Assembly: GCF_006345805.1 (NCBI RefSeq)
Contig: NC_042997.1
Coordinates: forward strand, 31,062,001-31,126,000
Source of the DNA: Octopus sinensis
Lineage: Eukaryota
Length of the DNA stretch: 64,000 nt
Direction of reading: 5' to 3'
Shown in pieces: positions 50,538-64,000 of the stretch. The notes beneath the pieces are model-generated. The model was not told where the DNA came from. It ran no database searches and worked only from the letters and a program-made list of their open reading frames with translations. Numbering within the stretch: position 1 is the stretch's first letter; each line of letters opens with the position of its first letter. The position numbers and the translations under genes are program-made.

Positions 50538-51056
50538 ACATCACACATGCACGCATGCGCACACACATACGCACATACACAGACGCATATACACAAACAC
50601 ATATACATACACATGCAATGATACAGAGAGTCAAAAGAATTGAATAGCTGTGAATGATACTCTACTCCTGCAATTAGAATAACAACATCCTTTAAAGGTG
50701 TTTAAAATCTAAAAACAACGAAGCAGAGAAATAACTCCGATACTATCAGCAAAACTAGTGTTTGTTTCCTTTCTTTTAATAGAGGATCTTGCCTTTAAAG
50801 GAAACTAGTGAAAAGAATGCATGTATTCATTTTTAGTACGTTCCGGCAGACTCGAACATTAATATATGATTGCTGTTGTTTGTCGTCATCGGAGGACATC
50901 GCCCTCTCTTTAGAGGATGTGTGGTCATAACACATTCGATAAAGGGAGGCTGGATGATGCAAAACAACTGCGATCAGATATTCACGTTCGAATCATGTGT
51001 CGAAACGTGTTTAAAGTGAACAGATACGTTATTAAACGTACATATACATTATGTAT

Positions 51057-51107
<51 letters not shown>

Positions 51108-51157
51108 TTATATATATGTATTGGAAGGTTTGGAGATGCTGTACAGGCATTATATAA

Positions 51158-51339
51158 TAGAAGAAATGAGGTACTCAGAAGATCGGGTGGTTTATATTTA
51201 CAGATATTTATTTGTATAATACATTTTTTATATATATCATATCACTTAGATCATTAGCGATTATATATAAAAAATGTAATATGCAAATAATATCTGTAAT
51301 TATAAACCATCCGATCTTCTGAGTACCTCATTTCTTCTA
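51158..51339. repeat. Hairpin with ~79-bp arms, adjoining (TA)n
   Basis: TAGAAGAAATGAGGTACTCAGAAGATCGG ... CCGATCTTCTGAGTACCTCATTTCTTCTA. Confidence 0.93.
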
Positions 51340-51436
<97 letters not shown>

Positions 51437-51660
51437 GTATGTAGTATGTACGTATGTATGTATGTATGTATATATGTATATATAAACATGTGTGTGAGCG
51501 CACACACGCATACACATATATGGACAGGATAGTTGTTACTTCAGTTAGGCCATGAAATTTTAAAGATGAAAGCCATACAATTTATATTGGGTTCATATTG
51601 GAGCAGTCTGATAAAAATGAAAGAGGTATTAATATGTGTATATATAATATATATATATAT

Positions 51661-51694
<34 letters not shown>

Positions 51695-52005
51695 ATAGAT
51701 AGATATAGATATATACATATATACACATATTTATTTTTGTATATATATATACATATGTGGGTATATACATACACACATAAATGCATACATGCTTACATAT
51801 ATATGTATGTATGTATATTTACTTGATTGACTTAGCATTGATTCTTTGGATAGTTTGCTTTCGTATTGCCCATGCCTCGCAAGCGAGGTTCCCCCCGTTT
51901 GATCTCTTCGTGTTTTGTGCCCCTTTCCTTCCTCAGTGTATTCCTTCCTGCTTGCTTCCCTCTCGTTAACACGCACACCTCATACATAATTACAGACAGA
52001 CAGAC

Positions 52006-52119
<114 letters not shown>

Positions 52120-52575
52120 TGCATATACATACATGTATACATATAAATATATGTGCATATATATATATATATATTATATATAAATGTATATACACTGTGT
52201 GTGTATGTAGTAATGTTTCGAATGCCTGAGTTATCAAACACTTTGGATTGTTTCTTCTCTTTTCTCATTTCCTTCTTTCTTCCATTCATTCATTTATAAT
52301 ATATTTATTCATATCTTAATAGCTTATTGGTGTATTTCTTTGTACAACCTCTCCCCATACAAGCACATGGCATACATATATAGATATATATATATATATA
52401 TATATACACTGAAGCATGTGCGCATATATACGTACACATTTATACACAATCAACCAGTGTTTATGCATACATACATATATATGATTATATATATATACAT
52501 ACATTTGCATACACGAATACACACGCATATACAGAGAACATATGCATTTCTATCTATCTATCTATCTATCTATCT

Positions 52576-52704
<129 letters not shown>

Positions 52705-53382
52705 TATAATCTATAGCTACACGAAGATGCATTCACACGCACAGATATATACACAAACATACATGCATGCATGTAAAAGGTGAAATACATATATTCGTAT
52801 CTACACATAAAACAAACATACATACGTAGGTACGTACGTACGTACGTACCTACCTACCTACTTACCTACCTACCTACCTACATTCATATATAAATTCATA
52901 CGTACCGTACATACATACATACATACATACATACATACATACATTCATGCATAAATACATAATACATCCACCGAAGTGTACAGTAAATAAATCTACACAT
53001 TTATTTTACAGAAATAAAGTCGTATAATCGTCATAGGCCATTACAAAGCAAAACTGAAAAATACAAGAACAAAATACAAACGGAACGAAACCAACAAGTA
53101 AAATAAATAAAACAAAAACAAAACGAAAAAGAAACGAAACGAAACGGAAAAAGGAATAGAATACAGAGTCAGCATTTTACAACTTATTTAACGAAGCAAG
53201 CAAATTAAATGAGAGAATTAAGAAATTCAAAAGACCAGCTACGACCAGAGCATGAATCAGAAGGAGAGAGCAACAATAAACGAAGTGGGCAACCAATATA
53301 ATATTGAAATAAGAAATGTAAGTCTGTATGTATGTATGTATGTGTGTACGTATATGTGTATGTATATATATATATATACATC

Positions 53383-53445
<63 letters not shown>

Positions 53446-53464
53446 TATATATATATCTATATAC

Positions 53465-53501
<37 letters not shown>

Positions 53502-53739
53502 CGTATATATATACAAAATGTATGTATGTTAAATATATATTTGTATGTATATGTGAGAATATAAATATAAATTTATATTGCAGTGTATAGTGGAAGATAA
53601 GCGTCTGTGGTTAAGAATAAAAGATTTACAGACATTACGTAGATATGCGTATATATGTGTGTATTTACATATACATGTGAGTATGTGTTTATGCGTGAAT
53701 GTTTAAATGTACGTATGCATGTATGAAAGTGTGTGTGTG

Positions 53740-53812
<73 letters not shown>

Positions 53813-54030
53813 GTATATATATATGCATGTATATATATATGTGTGCTTATGTATATATATATATGCATGCATACATACACACATATACACTTGTGTGTAT
53901 GTATGTCTGCCTTACTTTTTGCTTGTTTCACTTATTGAACTGCAACCCTGCTGGGTGACGGCCTTGAAGGTTTTAGCTGAATAAATCGGCTTCATATATA
54001 TATATATATGTATATGTATATGTACATACA

Positions 54031-54117
<87 letters not shown>

Positions 54118-54120
<3 letters not shown>

Positions 54121-54462
54121 AAGGCGCATGGCTCAGTGGTTAGAGCGTCGAGCTTACGATCGTGAGGTTGTGAGCTCGAATCCCGGACGGGGCTGCGTGT
54201 TGTGTTCTTGAGCAAGGCACTTTATTTCACGTTGCTCCAGTTCACTCAGCTGTAGAAATGAGTTGCGACGTCACAGGTGCCAAGCTGTATCGGCCCTTGC
54301 CTTTCCCTTGGACAACATCGGTGACGTGGAGAGGGGAGGCCGGTATGCATGGGCGACTGCTGGTCTTCCATAAAACAACCTTGCCCAGACTTGTGCCTCA
54401 GAGGGTATCTCTCTAGGTGCAAACCCATGGTCAGTGCCTGACCGAAGGGGGTCTTTACCCTT
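54118..54462 (+). mobile_element. SINE family C
   Basis: Matches 24174-24516. Confidence 0.92.
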
Positions 54463-54970
54463 TTTTTACATACGTGCCTATATGTATGTGTGTATGTATG
54501 CATACATGCACATATATATATGTACGTATGTGCGTATATTTATGTATGTACATATACATATTCATATATATACATATATGCATGTATATATGTATATACA
54601 TATACATACACACATACACACACATATATGAATGTAGAGCGTAGGCTCAAAACATGTAGGTCCCTTCCATTTTCCTTCAGCGTCAAACTAATATACATTG
54701 TTTGTTGTTCTCCTCACCTGTCTCTGGCTTGTGTCTTGTTTTTTGAATAAGTTTTAAATAAGTGTGAACACACACACGCACGCACGCACACATACATACA
54801 CACAAAAAATATTTAAGATGGCTAAACGCAATTCAAAACCATAAAGGAAATAATTCACCATCACTAAATGTGCTTTCTGTGGCTAAAGATTTCTTTGACT
54901 CTTATTTCTAGCAATGCTGGTGCTCCCTGCACCTTTCGTAATTGTTTAGTCACTGTGAATTATATATATA

Positions 54971-55378
54971 CTAGCAGCATAGCCCGGCGTTGCCCGGGTA
55001 TGTTAGAGCCACTAGTAGGCAACGACTAATCTCAATCTAATTCTTTCGCTCTAGGGAACGAAGGCGCATGTGTAAGTTGCAATGTCTTCTCTTCACTCGA
55101 ATACTTCTATGTATACGATGTTCTTAGCTGTCTCCCGACAGAAAATGTGTTGCATATAAAAAGCTTAGATTCTTGAGCCAATGTCGAATTTATCAACTCT
55201 TTTCAGAACTGGGGGAACTTTTCAAAATTTTCACTGCGTTAGTTTTGAATTATGACATTGGGCTATGTGTGTGTCAAGTTTCATCAGAATCGGTTGAAAG
55301 CCGTGGTCAGGGTGAGGGTACAACCTGACAGCCACACAGACACACAGACAGACAAACTGCCGTTTATATAGAGAGAGA
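54971..55378 (-). mobile_element. Non-autonomous Helitron
   Basis: Minus strand A|TCTCTCTCTATATAAACGG ... CCCGGGCAACGCCGGGCTATGCTGCTAG|T. Confidence 0.85.
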
Positions 55379-55606
55379 TATATGTATGACGGGCGTTTTT
55401 CAGTTTCCGTCTGCCAGGCCTACTCAGAAGGCTTTTGTCTTTGGTCTATGTATGTATGTATGTATGTATGTATGTATGTATGTATGTATGTATGTATGTA
55501 TCTGTCTGTGTGTCTGTCCGCCTATCTGTATATAATGTGAATATGGTATGGGTATGTATATATATATGCATACAGAAATACATACGAACATACATACATG
55601 CATACA

Positions 55607-56370
55607 TGCGGAAGACTATGCATAGATATGTTAACAGAAAGATCCAAGATGTCAGTAACATCGATAAGCAAACCAATCTATCGTGGACCAACAATCGGAT
55701 CATTAACTCTCACTTTGAAGGATAAGCGCTTGCAATCCTGGAAGAAGAAAGGGTTACCAAATTCCTGGTGCACAAGAGGGTCAGAGACATAAGAAAAACA
55801 CCAAAATATGATAACCGATGCGGACTTTGTAGAGTTAACGCTGAAGGTATCGCCCACATAGTAAGCAGATACCCTAAAATGTTATTGCATTATTTACCGA
55901 TAATGAGATCCATCGGACAGATAATCTTGAAACCAAAGAACCCACAGTATGGTAGAGGCCATAGCCATTCATAATATGAAAGAGTACTGGTGGGACATCC
56001 CAGTGAAAATATCAGTAAAATTCAAACAAAATAGACCAGAAATAGTTCTTTGGGACGAAAAGAAAAATTATGTACAGTAGCGGAATTCAGCTACTCAGCG
56101 GATGTCAACATAAAACTAAAGATCGGTGTAAAAGAAAATACCTACACCGAAATATTGAAGAATTTACAGGTACTCCCTGCCACCAGATTATAAGTCTAGA
56201 TTTATACCTGTAATTATTGTGGCACTAGGATATGTAACAAACTGCCTCAGAACCAAATTTGAAAACTTCGGCTTCTCAAAACTAGAAAAGAGAAAGCCAA
56301 TTTAGATAAGTTCAAGGCAGTAATGAAACTGTCAAAATTTGTAAAAATTGTCAAAAGTTTGGCATTTGAG
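55607..56370 (+). mobile_element. Decayed R4/Dong-like non-LTR retrotransposon C-terminus (zinc knuckle and restriction-like endonuclease)
   Basis: KTMHRY..IDK..LSW..HFEG, DNRCGLC...IAHIVS (decayed CCHC), YWWDIPV..QNRPEIVLWD, FIPVIIVALGYV. Confidence 0.82.
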
Positions 56371-57007
56371 TTTAGCAACAATATGCATGAGGATACATAC
56401 AAAATCTCGACAAGCCTGCATATGCATTCAAATATGCACTTAAGTATGCGCGAATCTTGTGGGTGTTTAAAATTTCAATGAAGGAGCTTTGAATCTAGGC
56501 TAGAAACCGACTCTCTCTCTCTCTTACACACTCACACGTACACGCGCGCGCACAGTTTTTGCCCCTACTTTCACACTTTCTGTTGTCGCTCCTCCCATTC
56601 TCTGTTCACACACTACGGACCTTCATTGCAATGTCTAAAATCCTTGTCCACCGCTCCCTCATTCCGCCTCTATTACTGCATATCTCAACATCTTCATTCT
56701 TTGGTTCCACCCACACCTCTTTCCTCGTGTCGTAGCTCACAATCTCTCTTTCACATCTACTTCTTTGTATATTTATCTGCATAGTCTCTGTTTTTAACAA
56801 ACTTAATCGATTTGAGTCAACAAAGGAAGCTCTACGCATTCTCTAGACCTACTAGAAATAACAGCCGGACAGTTTTTAAATCACATTCTGACATCTTAAA
56901 AATTAGAATTTGTTAGGTTAAGCCATATCTGAACATAATACGGAATTGTTACGATTGGAGCGTCTTCGATTATTGATCTGCCCGAACTGAATAGATTTGG
57001 CGTTAAT

Positions 57008-57878
57008 CCTCCTCCTCTCCCCCTCCTCTTCCTCTTCCTCTTCCTCTTCCTCCTCTTTCTCTTCCTCTTCTCTTCCTCCTCTTTCTCTTCCTCTTCCTCT
57101 TCCTCTTCCTCTTCCTCTTCCTCTTTCTCTTCCTCTTCCTCTTCCTCTTCCTCTTCCTCTTCCTCTTTCTCTTCCTCTTTCTCTTTCTCTTCCTCTTTCT
57201 CTTTCTCTTCCTCTTTCTCTTTCCTTTCTCTTTTTTCTCTTTCCTCTTTCTCTTTCTTTCTCTTCCTCTTCCTCTTCTCTTTCTTTCCTCTTCCTCTCTC
57301 TTCCTCTTCCTCCTCGTTCTCTTACTCTCTCCTCCTCTTCCTCTTCTCTTCCTCTTCCTCCTCTTTCTCTACTCCTCCTCTTCCTCTTTCTCTTCCTCTT
57401 CCTCTTCCTCTTCCTCCTCTTTCTCTTCCTCTTTCTCTTCCTCTTTCTCTTCCTCTTTCTCTTCCTCTTCCTCTTCCTCTTTCTCTTCCTCTTCCTCTTC
57501 CTCTTTCTCTTCCTCTCCTCTTCCTCTTTCTCTTCCTCCTCCTCTTCCTCTTTCTCTTCCTCCTCCTCTTCCTCTTTCTCTTCCTCCTCCTCTTCCTCTT
57601 CATTCTCTTCCTCTTCATTCTCTTCCTCTTCATTCTCTTCCTCTTCATTCTCTTCCTCTTCATTCTCTTCCCCTTCATTCTCTTCCTCTTCATTCTCTTC
57701 CCCTTCATTCTCTTCCCCTTCATTCTCTTCCTCTTCCTCTTCATCCTCTTCATTCTCTTCCTCTTCCTCTTCATCCTCTTCATTCTCTTCCTCTTCATTC
57801 CTCTTCCTCTTCATTCTCTTCCTCTTCATTCTCTTCCTCATCCTCTTCATCCTCTTCATCCTCTTCATCCTCTTCCTC

Positions 57879-57915
<37 letters not shown>

Positions 57916-57948
57916 ACAACAACAACAACAGCAGCAGCAGCAACGACG

Positions 57949-57981
<33 letters not shown>

Positions 57982-58009
57982 CCCCACCACCACCACCACC
58001 ACCACCACC

Positions 58010-58041
<32 letters not shown>

Positions 58042-58065
58042 CACCAACAGCCACAACAATAACAA
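57008..58065. repeat. Polypyrimidine (CTCTTC / CTCTTCATT) tract grading into (CAT)n, (AAC)n and (ACC)n
   Basis: Read directly from the sequence. Confidence 0.95.
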
Positions 58066-59245
58066 CAGTTGTAGAGACAGCAGTTATCAGCACCGAAGTG
58101 GGGGTTTCTGCATGTTTTTTGAAATAGCTACCAAATCTCCTTCAAGAAATACTAGAAATAGCACCCAAATCTCCCTGAGACCATACTCATTTGTCTTGAG
58201 ATAAGAGAAGACCATATTAGACACCGTAATTCTACATATACTATGCTTGAAAAGAAAAGACGAAATGGTCACGGCAGATGGTTTAAGTACCAACAGCTGT
58301 GAAAGTCCCCAATAAGGAGACCTATCTGCCAAGGCACCCGCTCTGTGGTACTTCAACCTGTTAGATATAGCAGCTAAATTCTCCCTCATATCACATCCTA
58401 TTAAAAAAGAATATTACGTATTTAAAAAGGAACATTTGTGATCGATAAGAAAAAAAATGAATGGGTGATGCTTATGGGTAGAATGTCTTTGATTAAAAGT
58501 ATGTTCTGTGAAAACACACGACGGAAAGGGATTTTCCTCAACAAAGGAATCTATATATGGTTGGTGGACCAGCTAGAAACAGCAGTCGAATTTCCCTCAA
58601 ATTCCCCACAGTCTGCCGTTGAAGAAAAACTATTCTTTCTACTTTTGGTACAAAACCTGAAATCCTGGAGAAGGGGACTAGTCATTCACATCGACCCAAG
58701 TTTACAGCTGATATTTTTTTTATAGATCTTGAAAGAATGAAAGGCAAAGTCAATCTTGACAGAATTTCAACTCAGGAAGTAAAGAACCGGATGAAATGCT
58801 GCTCAAAATTTTGTCCGGGTGGTAAAGATTCTTTCAGGCTGTTTTCATAATAATAATATTTCCTTCTAATGTAGGCATAAATTCTGAAATTTTGGGGTGG
58901 GACTTGTCGATTACATAGACACCAATGCTTACCTGGTACTTATTTATCGACTCCGATGGGAGGAAAGGCAAAGTCGACCTTGGCGGATTTTGAATGCAGA
59001 GCATAACGAATCGAAAGAAACGCCGCTAAGCACTTTCTCCAATGCCGTGACGATACTGCCAGCTCATCGTCTTAGTATAGTTACACAAATGTGAATTATT
59101 ACAATCACCAACGAGGGGAACTCTGTCTGGTCGTTCAGCGTGCTAGAAATAATGACAAATAGTATTCAGATGACAGACACCCTATCATCTAAAAAAAAAA
59201 CAAAGCAAAAAACAAAGCAAAAAACACAGGGAACATCGTATAAAC

Positions 59246-59630
59246 ACTCTTTTACTCTCTTACTTGTTTCAGTCATTTGACTGTGGCCATGCTGGAGCAC
59301 CGTCTGTAGTCGAGCAAATTGACCACAGGACTTATTCTTTGTAAGCCTAGTACTTATTCTATCGGTCTATTTTGTACACAAACCAGCATCGGTTGTCAAG
59401 CGAGTTTGAGGGGGGGGGGACAAACACAGACACACAAACATATATACACACATACATATATACATATATACGACGAGCTTCTTTCAGTTTCCGTCTACCA
59501 AATCCACTCACAAGGTTTTGATCGGCCCTGGGCTATAGTAGAAGACACTTGCCCAAGGAGCCACGCAGTGGGACTGAACCCGGAACCATGTGGTTGGTAA
59601 GCAAAGCTACTTACCACACATCCACTCCTA
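59246..59630 (-). mobile_element. SINE family B
   Basis: Match to family B with a small internal deletion. Confidence 0.9.
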
Positions 59631-59870
59631 CGATGTTATCGTCGCAGATAAAACTTATTGTATCATAGTTGGGCTTGATCAGGGTCAGCCTGGTGTTAAA
59701 TCGACACCTTATATTTTCCTCTGACCCTTATTTATTACGATATTTCTCATAATCTTTTAATCTGCCCATTTATCCTATAGCAAAGCCGCCATGAAGTTCT
59801 TTTCTCTTATTGATCTTTTTGTTTTTTAAAAAAAATTGAATTTCACTTCTTGTTGCCACGTTTATTCTTC

Positions 59871-59920
<50 letters not shown>

Positions 59921-60020
59921 NNNNNNNNNNNNNNNNNNNNNNNNNNNNNNNNNNNNNNNNNNNNNNNNNNNNNNNNNNNNNNNNNNNNNNNNNNNNNNNN
60001 NNNNNNNNNNNNNNNNNNNN
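59921..60020. other. Assembly gap (100 N) after a (TTTC)n tract
   Basis: Run of N. Confidence 1.
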
Positions 60021-60190
60021 AAGGGATTTTTATGTCACATGAGCATAAGCTGTGCATATGTATAGCTGGCAAAGGAAAATTATAGTTTCGAACCACTTTA
60101 ATTTATTTTGAATAATGTTAGTGCATTTAGGACTTTTAGCTGTGGTGTACAAAGTTACACATTTCTAAATGCCATTATTTTACTCCAGCT

Positions 60191-60763
60191 AAAAGCAGCG
60201 AGGTGGCGAAATCGCTGTCGCATCGGACAAAATGCTGAGCGACATCCATCTTTACGTTCTGTGTCAAAATTCCGCCGAGGTCGACTTTGCCTTTCATCCT
60301 TTCGGGGTCAATGAATTAAGTACCAGTTACGCACTGGGGTCGATATAATCGACTTAATCGGTTTGTCTGTCCTTGTTTGTCCCCTCTGTGTTTAGCCCCT
60401 TGTGGGTAGTAAAGAAATAGGCATCCATCTTTACGTTCTGTGTCAAAATTCCGCCGAGGTCAACTTTGCCTTTCATCCTTTCGGGGTCAATAAATTAAGT
60501 ACCAGTTACGCACTGGGGTCGATATAATCGACTTAATCGGTTTGTCTGTCCTTGTTTGTCCCCTCTGTGTTTAGCCCCTTGTGGGTAATAAAGAAATAGG
60601 CATCCATCTTTACGTTCTGTGTCAAAATTCCGCCGAGGTCGACTTTGCCTTTCATCTTTTCAGGGTCGTTAAAATAAGTACCAGTTGAGCCCTGGGGCCA
60701 ATGTAATCGACTAACCCTCTCCCCCAAAGTTTCACGCATTGTCCCTACAATAGAAAGGATTAT
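60191..60763 (+). mobile_element. SINE family A, three-unit array (diverged head, two young-tail units, old-tail unit)
   Basis: CATCCATCTTTACGTTCTGTGTCAAAATTCCGCCGAGG at ~60243, ~60422 and ~60601 (179-bp period). Confidence 0.93.
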
Positions 60764-61737
60764 TTTACTCCAACCACGACAATTCCATCTTATTTTCATA
60801 GCAGTGTACTTACAATCAATAACGTGTGTCTCCTTTTTCTTCGACGACAGGATCTGGTTTGAAAGAAATTTGACTGTTATTTAAAGCGAGAAAAGAAACC
60901 GTGATGACTTCCCTTGTTGCCTTGTATTTGTAATGGTTGTTTAGTTTAGCCTCAGCTCAACCTTCAAAAAGCATACTACATATAATTCAAAATACTTTAG
61001 CTATGGTTGCCGCGTCTTGCTCTCGAGCACTGGGTACCCAGTACTCTGTTCATCATCGAGTCATTACTTAACTGTCAGTTCTCAGTATTTCGATACTACT
61101 TGGCTTAGTGTTAATTTGAGTGATAATTGATAGCTTATTCTAGCTGGTCTAGCCGCTTCAGCAAAGGTTGCCTCGTAAAAATGCCGTATGGTGGTCGTAT
61201 AGTCGATTAAATCTCGCTTTGCAACCATGTGGTTTCGGGTTCAGTTCCACTACGTGGCTCCTTCGGAGATGCCTTCTAGCATAGCTTCGGGTCGATCGAT
61301 GTCTTGTGAATGAATTCGGTTGACGGAAACTGTGTGGAAGCCCATTGCATATATATATGTGTATTCTTGTGTGTGTATGCGTGTGTGTATGCGTGTGTGT
61401 ATGTCTCTGTGTTTGTGTTTGTCGCCCTCCTCCCGCCACCACTGCCTGACAACCAATAATCGTTTGTTTACATACCGGAACCTTGGAAACCTAGCAGTTC
61501 GGCAAAAAAAAAAAAAGAAACCATTGAATAACTACCAGACTTTAAAAAATAAATATAAGTACCGTAGTTGATTTGTTCGGCTAAACTTTCCGCGGCGGTG
61601 CCCCAGCATGGGCGCAACTGAACGACTGAAACAAGTTAAGGAAAAATGATAAACCGAGAAGGACAAAATATGAAGCAAATACCTAGGTGGGGATTTATCC
61701 ATGTTCTGATTATTCTATTCTCTTTTACTCTTTTACC

Positions 61738-62348
61738 CAGCCGCTTGGTTACGGGGACGTAAACACATCAGCGTCGGTTGTCAAGTGATGTTGGGGGGAC
61801 AAACACACACACACAAACGTATACACACACATACATACATATGCACACACACACATACACATATATATATGCATATATACGACGGGCTTCTTTAAGTTTC
61901 GGTCTACTAAATCCACTCATAAGGCTTTGGTCGGCCCTAGGCTATAGTAGAAGACACTTGCCCAAGGTGCCACGCAGTGGGACTGATCCCGGAACCATGT
62001 TCGTCTAAACTTGAATGATTTATTATTGAGACTATGGTGTCTTTTACCGAGCCGCTAGGTTACGGGGACGTAAACACACCAGCATCGGTTGTCAAGTGAT
62101 GTTGGGGGGACAAACACACACACACAAACGTATACACACACATACATACATATGCACACACACACACATATGCATATATACGACGGGCTTCTTTCAGTTT
62201 CGGTCTACTAAAATCCACTCACAAGGCTTTGGTTGGCCCTAGGCTATAGTAGAAGACACTTGCCCAAGGTGCCACGCAGTAGGACTGAACTCGGAACCAT
62301 GTTCGTCTAAACTTTAATGATTTATTATTGAGACTATGGTGTCTTCTC
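61738..62348. repeat. Tandem duplication (~310/300 bp) of a partial SINE-B plus unique flank
   Basis: ...GGAACCATGTTCGTCTAAACTT.AATGATTTATTATTGAGACTATGGTGTCTT occurs at ~61990 and ~62293. Confidence 0.9.
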
Positions 62349-62507
62349 ACCAGTTGAATCAGTTATTTCTCTTTAATCCCTCGTAATTTGCTGTTTTTGG
62401 TTTTCTGTCAGATCAAGTTAATTGAGATGACTGCGGATCAAAATATTAATTAGCATAAAAGGAAAGGGGTACAGATATAAGAAGTGATGATGACGACGAC
62501 GTTGATG

Positions 62508-62540
<33 letters not shown>

Positions 62541-62716
62541 GTAGTGGTGGTGCTGGCGGCAATGGCGGTTTAAATGATGGATGACGACGACGACGACGAT
62601 GATGATGGTAATGATGGCGATAGCGAGTAGTATGAAGGAATTGGAATGGGAAGGAAAGAAAAGAAGGGGTGGAGAGAAATAAAGAAGAAAGGAAAGAAAG
62701 TAGGAAAGGTGTAGAG

Positions 62717-62770
<54 letters not shown>

Positions 62771-62852
62771 GTGTGTAAGAGATGGAAGTTATGGAGAAGA
62801 TCGATAGAATTATAGTGAGAAATAGAGCGAGATCAAGAAGGTAACGAAATGA

Positions 62853-62888
<36 letters not shown>

Positions 62889-63301
62889 AGGAAAGAAAGA
62901 AAAAGCGAGAGAAAGAAAGGGTGTAAGGAAACAGAAAAATATCAAATACATTATTATTAGAATACTGTCAGTAACAGAACTACAATACACTCCTACGCAA
63001 AATGCACTACCCATCAATGCTCCTTAACCTTCTGCGCATGTCCAACTAAAATATTTCACGCAAGATAGAACTGCACTGCTTCCAATAAACGGAGACCTTG
63101 AAACAATATCCCAATGAGAAACACGTTAACCTTGATACTTTCAACTACACCAAGACTGAATTACTACATCTAGCATGGAAAACAGTCTTGCTCTACCATG
63201 TCACTCCATTTGAATTTCAAGTTGCTAAAATCCTCTGAAATCCGATACAAATGCTAAGCCTCTCAGCATCTATGTTGTTGTTGCTGTTGTTGTTGTTGTT
63301 T

Positions 63302-63760
63302 CCTCCGACACGCCGCTCTGAATGACACATTTCAAGTGTCTACGACGACACTGGTTTTTCGCTGCAACTGGAGTCAGAAAGTCTTCTTCATGGGGATGGC
63401 AAGCGCCCGACGGATTAACCCTCTTTCCATACGTGGGAAGCAAATCCTTAATCTGGGACACGATGTGCTGCAACAGGTTCTTCGTCTCCAACGATGCTGC
63501 ATCGGCCGCAAACCCGGTTATCGACGCCCATAACGCAGAGGAGAGGAAGACAGATAAATAAATACAGAATCCTGACCAGTCGGTTGCTGTCGAGTCCTCG
63601 GGTGTTTTCTATCCCCACACGACTGATTTCCTCTACAAAATCGGGATAACTGCGAACCGTCTGAGAAATGAGCCCCCTGAGATAGGGTGTCGCTGGCCAT
63701 TTCCGCGGCAAAGCCTTTGCAATTATGTCCGAGAGGCCTGGCTATACAAGCCATTTATTT
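63302..63760 (+). mobile_element. Decayed CRE-clade-like non-LTR retrotransposon restriction-like endonuclease domain
   Basis: LRHAALND, LE..LLHGDGKRP/DGLTLFPY..KSLIWDTMC, AEERKTDK, VAVESSGV..FLYKIG, VSLAI-RGKA (cf. RHxxLND...DGKRPDG...WDxT...AExRKxxKY...AVETxG...SLAIQRGNA). Frameshifted. Confidence 0.8.
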
Positions 63761-64000
63761 TGGAGTGTTCAACCCGTTATCCCACCAACCTATCTTCTGC
63801 TGCTTAAACCTCCTCTTTTTCTTTTTCTTTGTTTTCTTGGTGATGTAGTTACGGGTATTTCCTCGATTTCTTTTATCTTATATACTATTAATGTATTTTC
63901 TTCTTTTCTTTCTGTAAAAATATCTCAATAAAAATACAGTCTAATACCATTAAAAAATAGGCAAAAACATTTCAGCCTAACTCTGTCTTTTAAGAAGTGC

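Noticed and set aside
63270-63754. Host gene exon suggested by higher GC and several overlapping ORFs
   Set aside because: Motifs match a frameshifted retrotransposon endonuclease, and there is no coherent splice structure.

Overview
This is an AT-rich, repeat-saturated animal genomic window. Its tRNA-derived SINE families and very high microsatellite load resemble an octopus (coleoid cephalopod) genome; this is inferred from the repeats and not verified. I found no intact host protein-coding gene. Almost all listed ORFs are translations of microsatellites or SINEs. The window holds at least five tRNA-headed SINE families, labelled A-E here. It holds decayed non-LTR retrotransposons (RTE, CR1-like, R4/Dong-like, CRE-like) and two Penelope-like elements (PLEs), one retaining RT and GIY-YIG remnants. 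It also holds hAT, Tc1/mariner and Tigger-type MITEs, four non-autonomous Helitrons, and one 100-N gap. Four observations stand out. (1) Short PLE 3' ends sit in (TA)n tracts and carry a minimal hammerhead-ribozyme fold with compensatory stem-I changes. (2) SINE-A arrays look like a young-tailed SINE inserting at one fixed site inside older copies of its own family. (3) Six long fold-back hairpins, unrelated in sequence, mostly lie next to microsatellites; one is a spacer-less 300-bp palindrome. (4) A TIR element carries only a (TATG)n tract and TTAGGG repeats as cargo. All coordinates were read by eye and degenerate boundaries are approximate.
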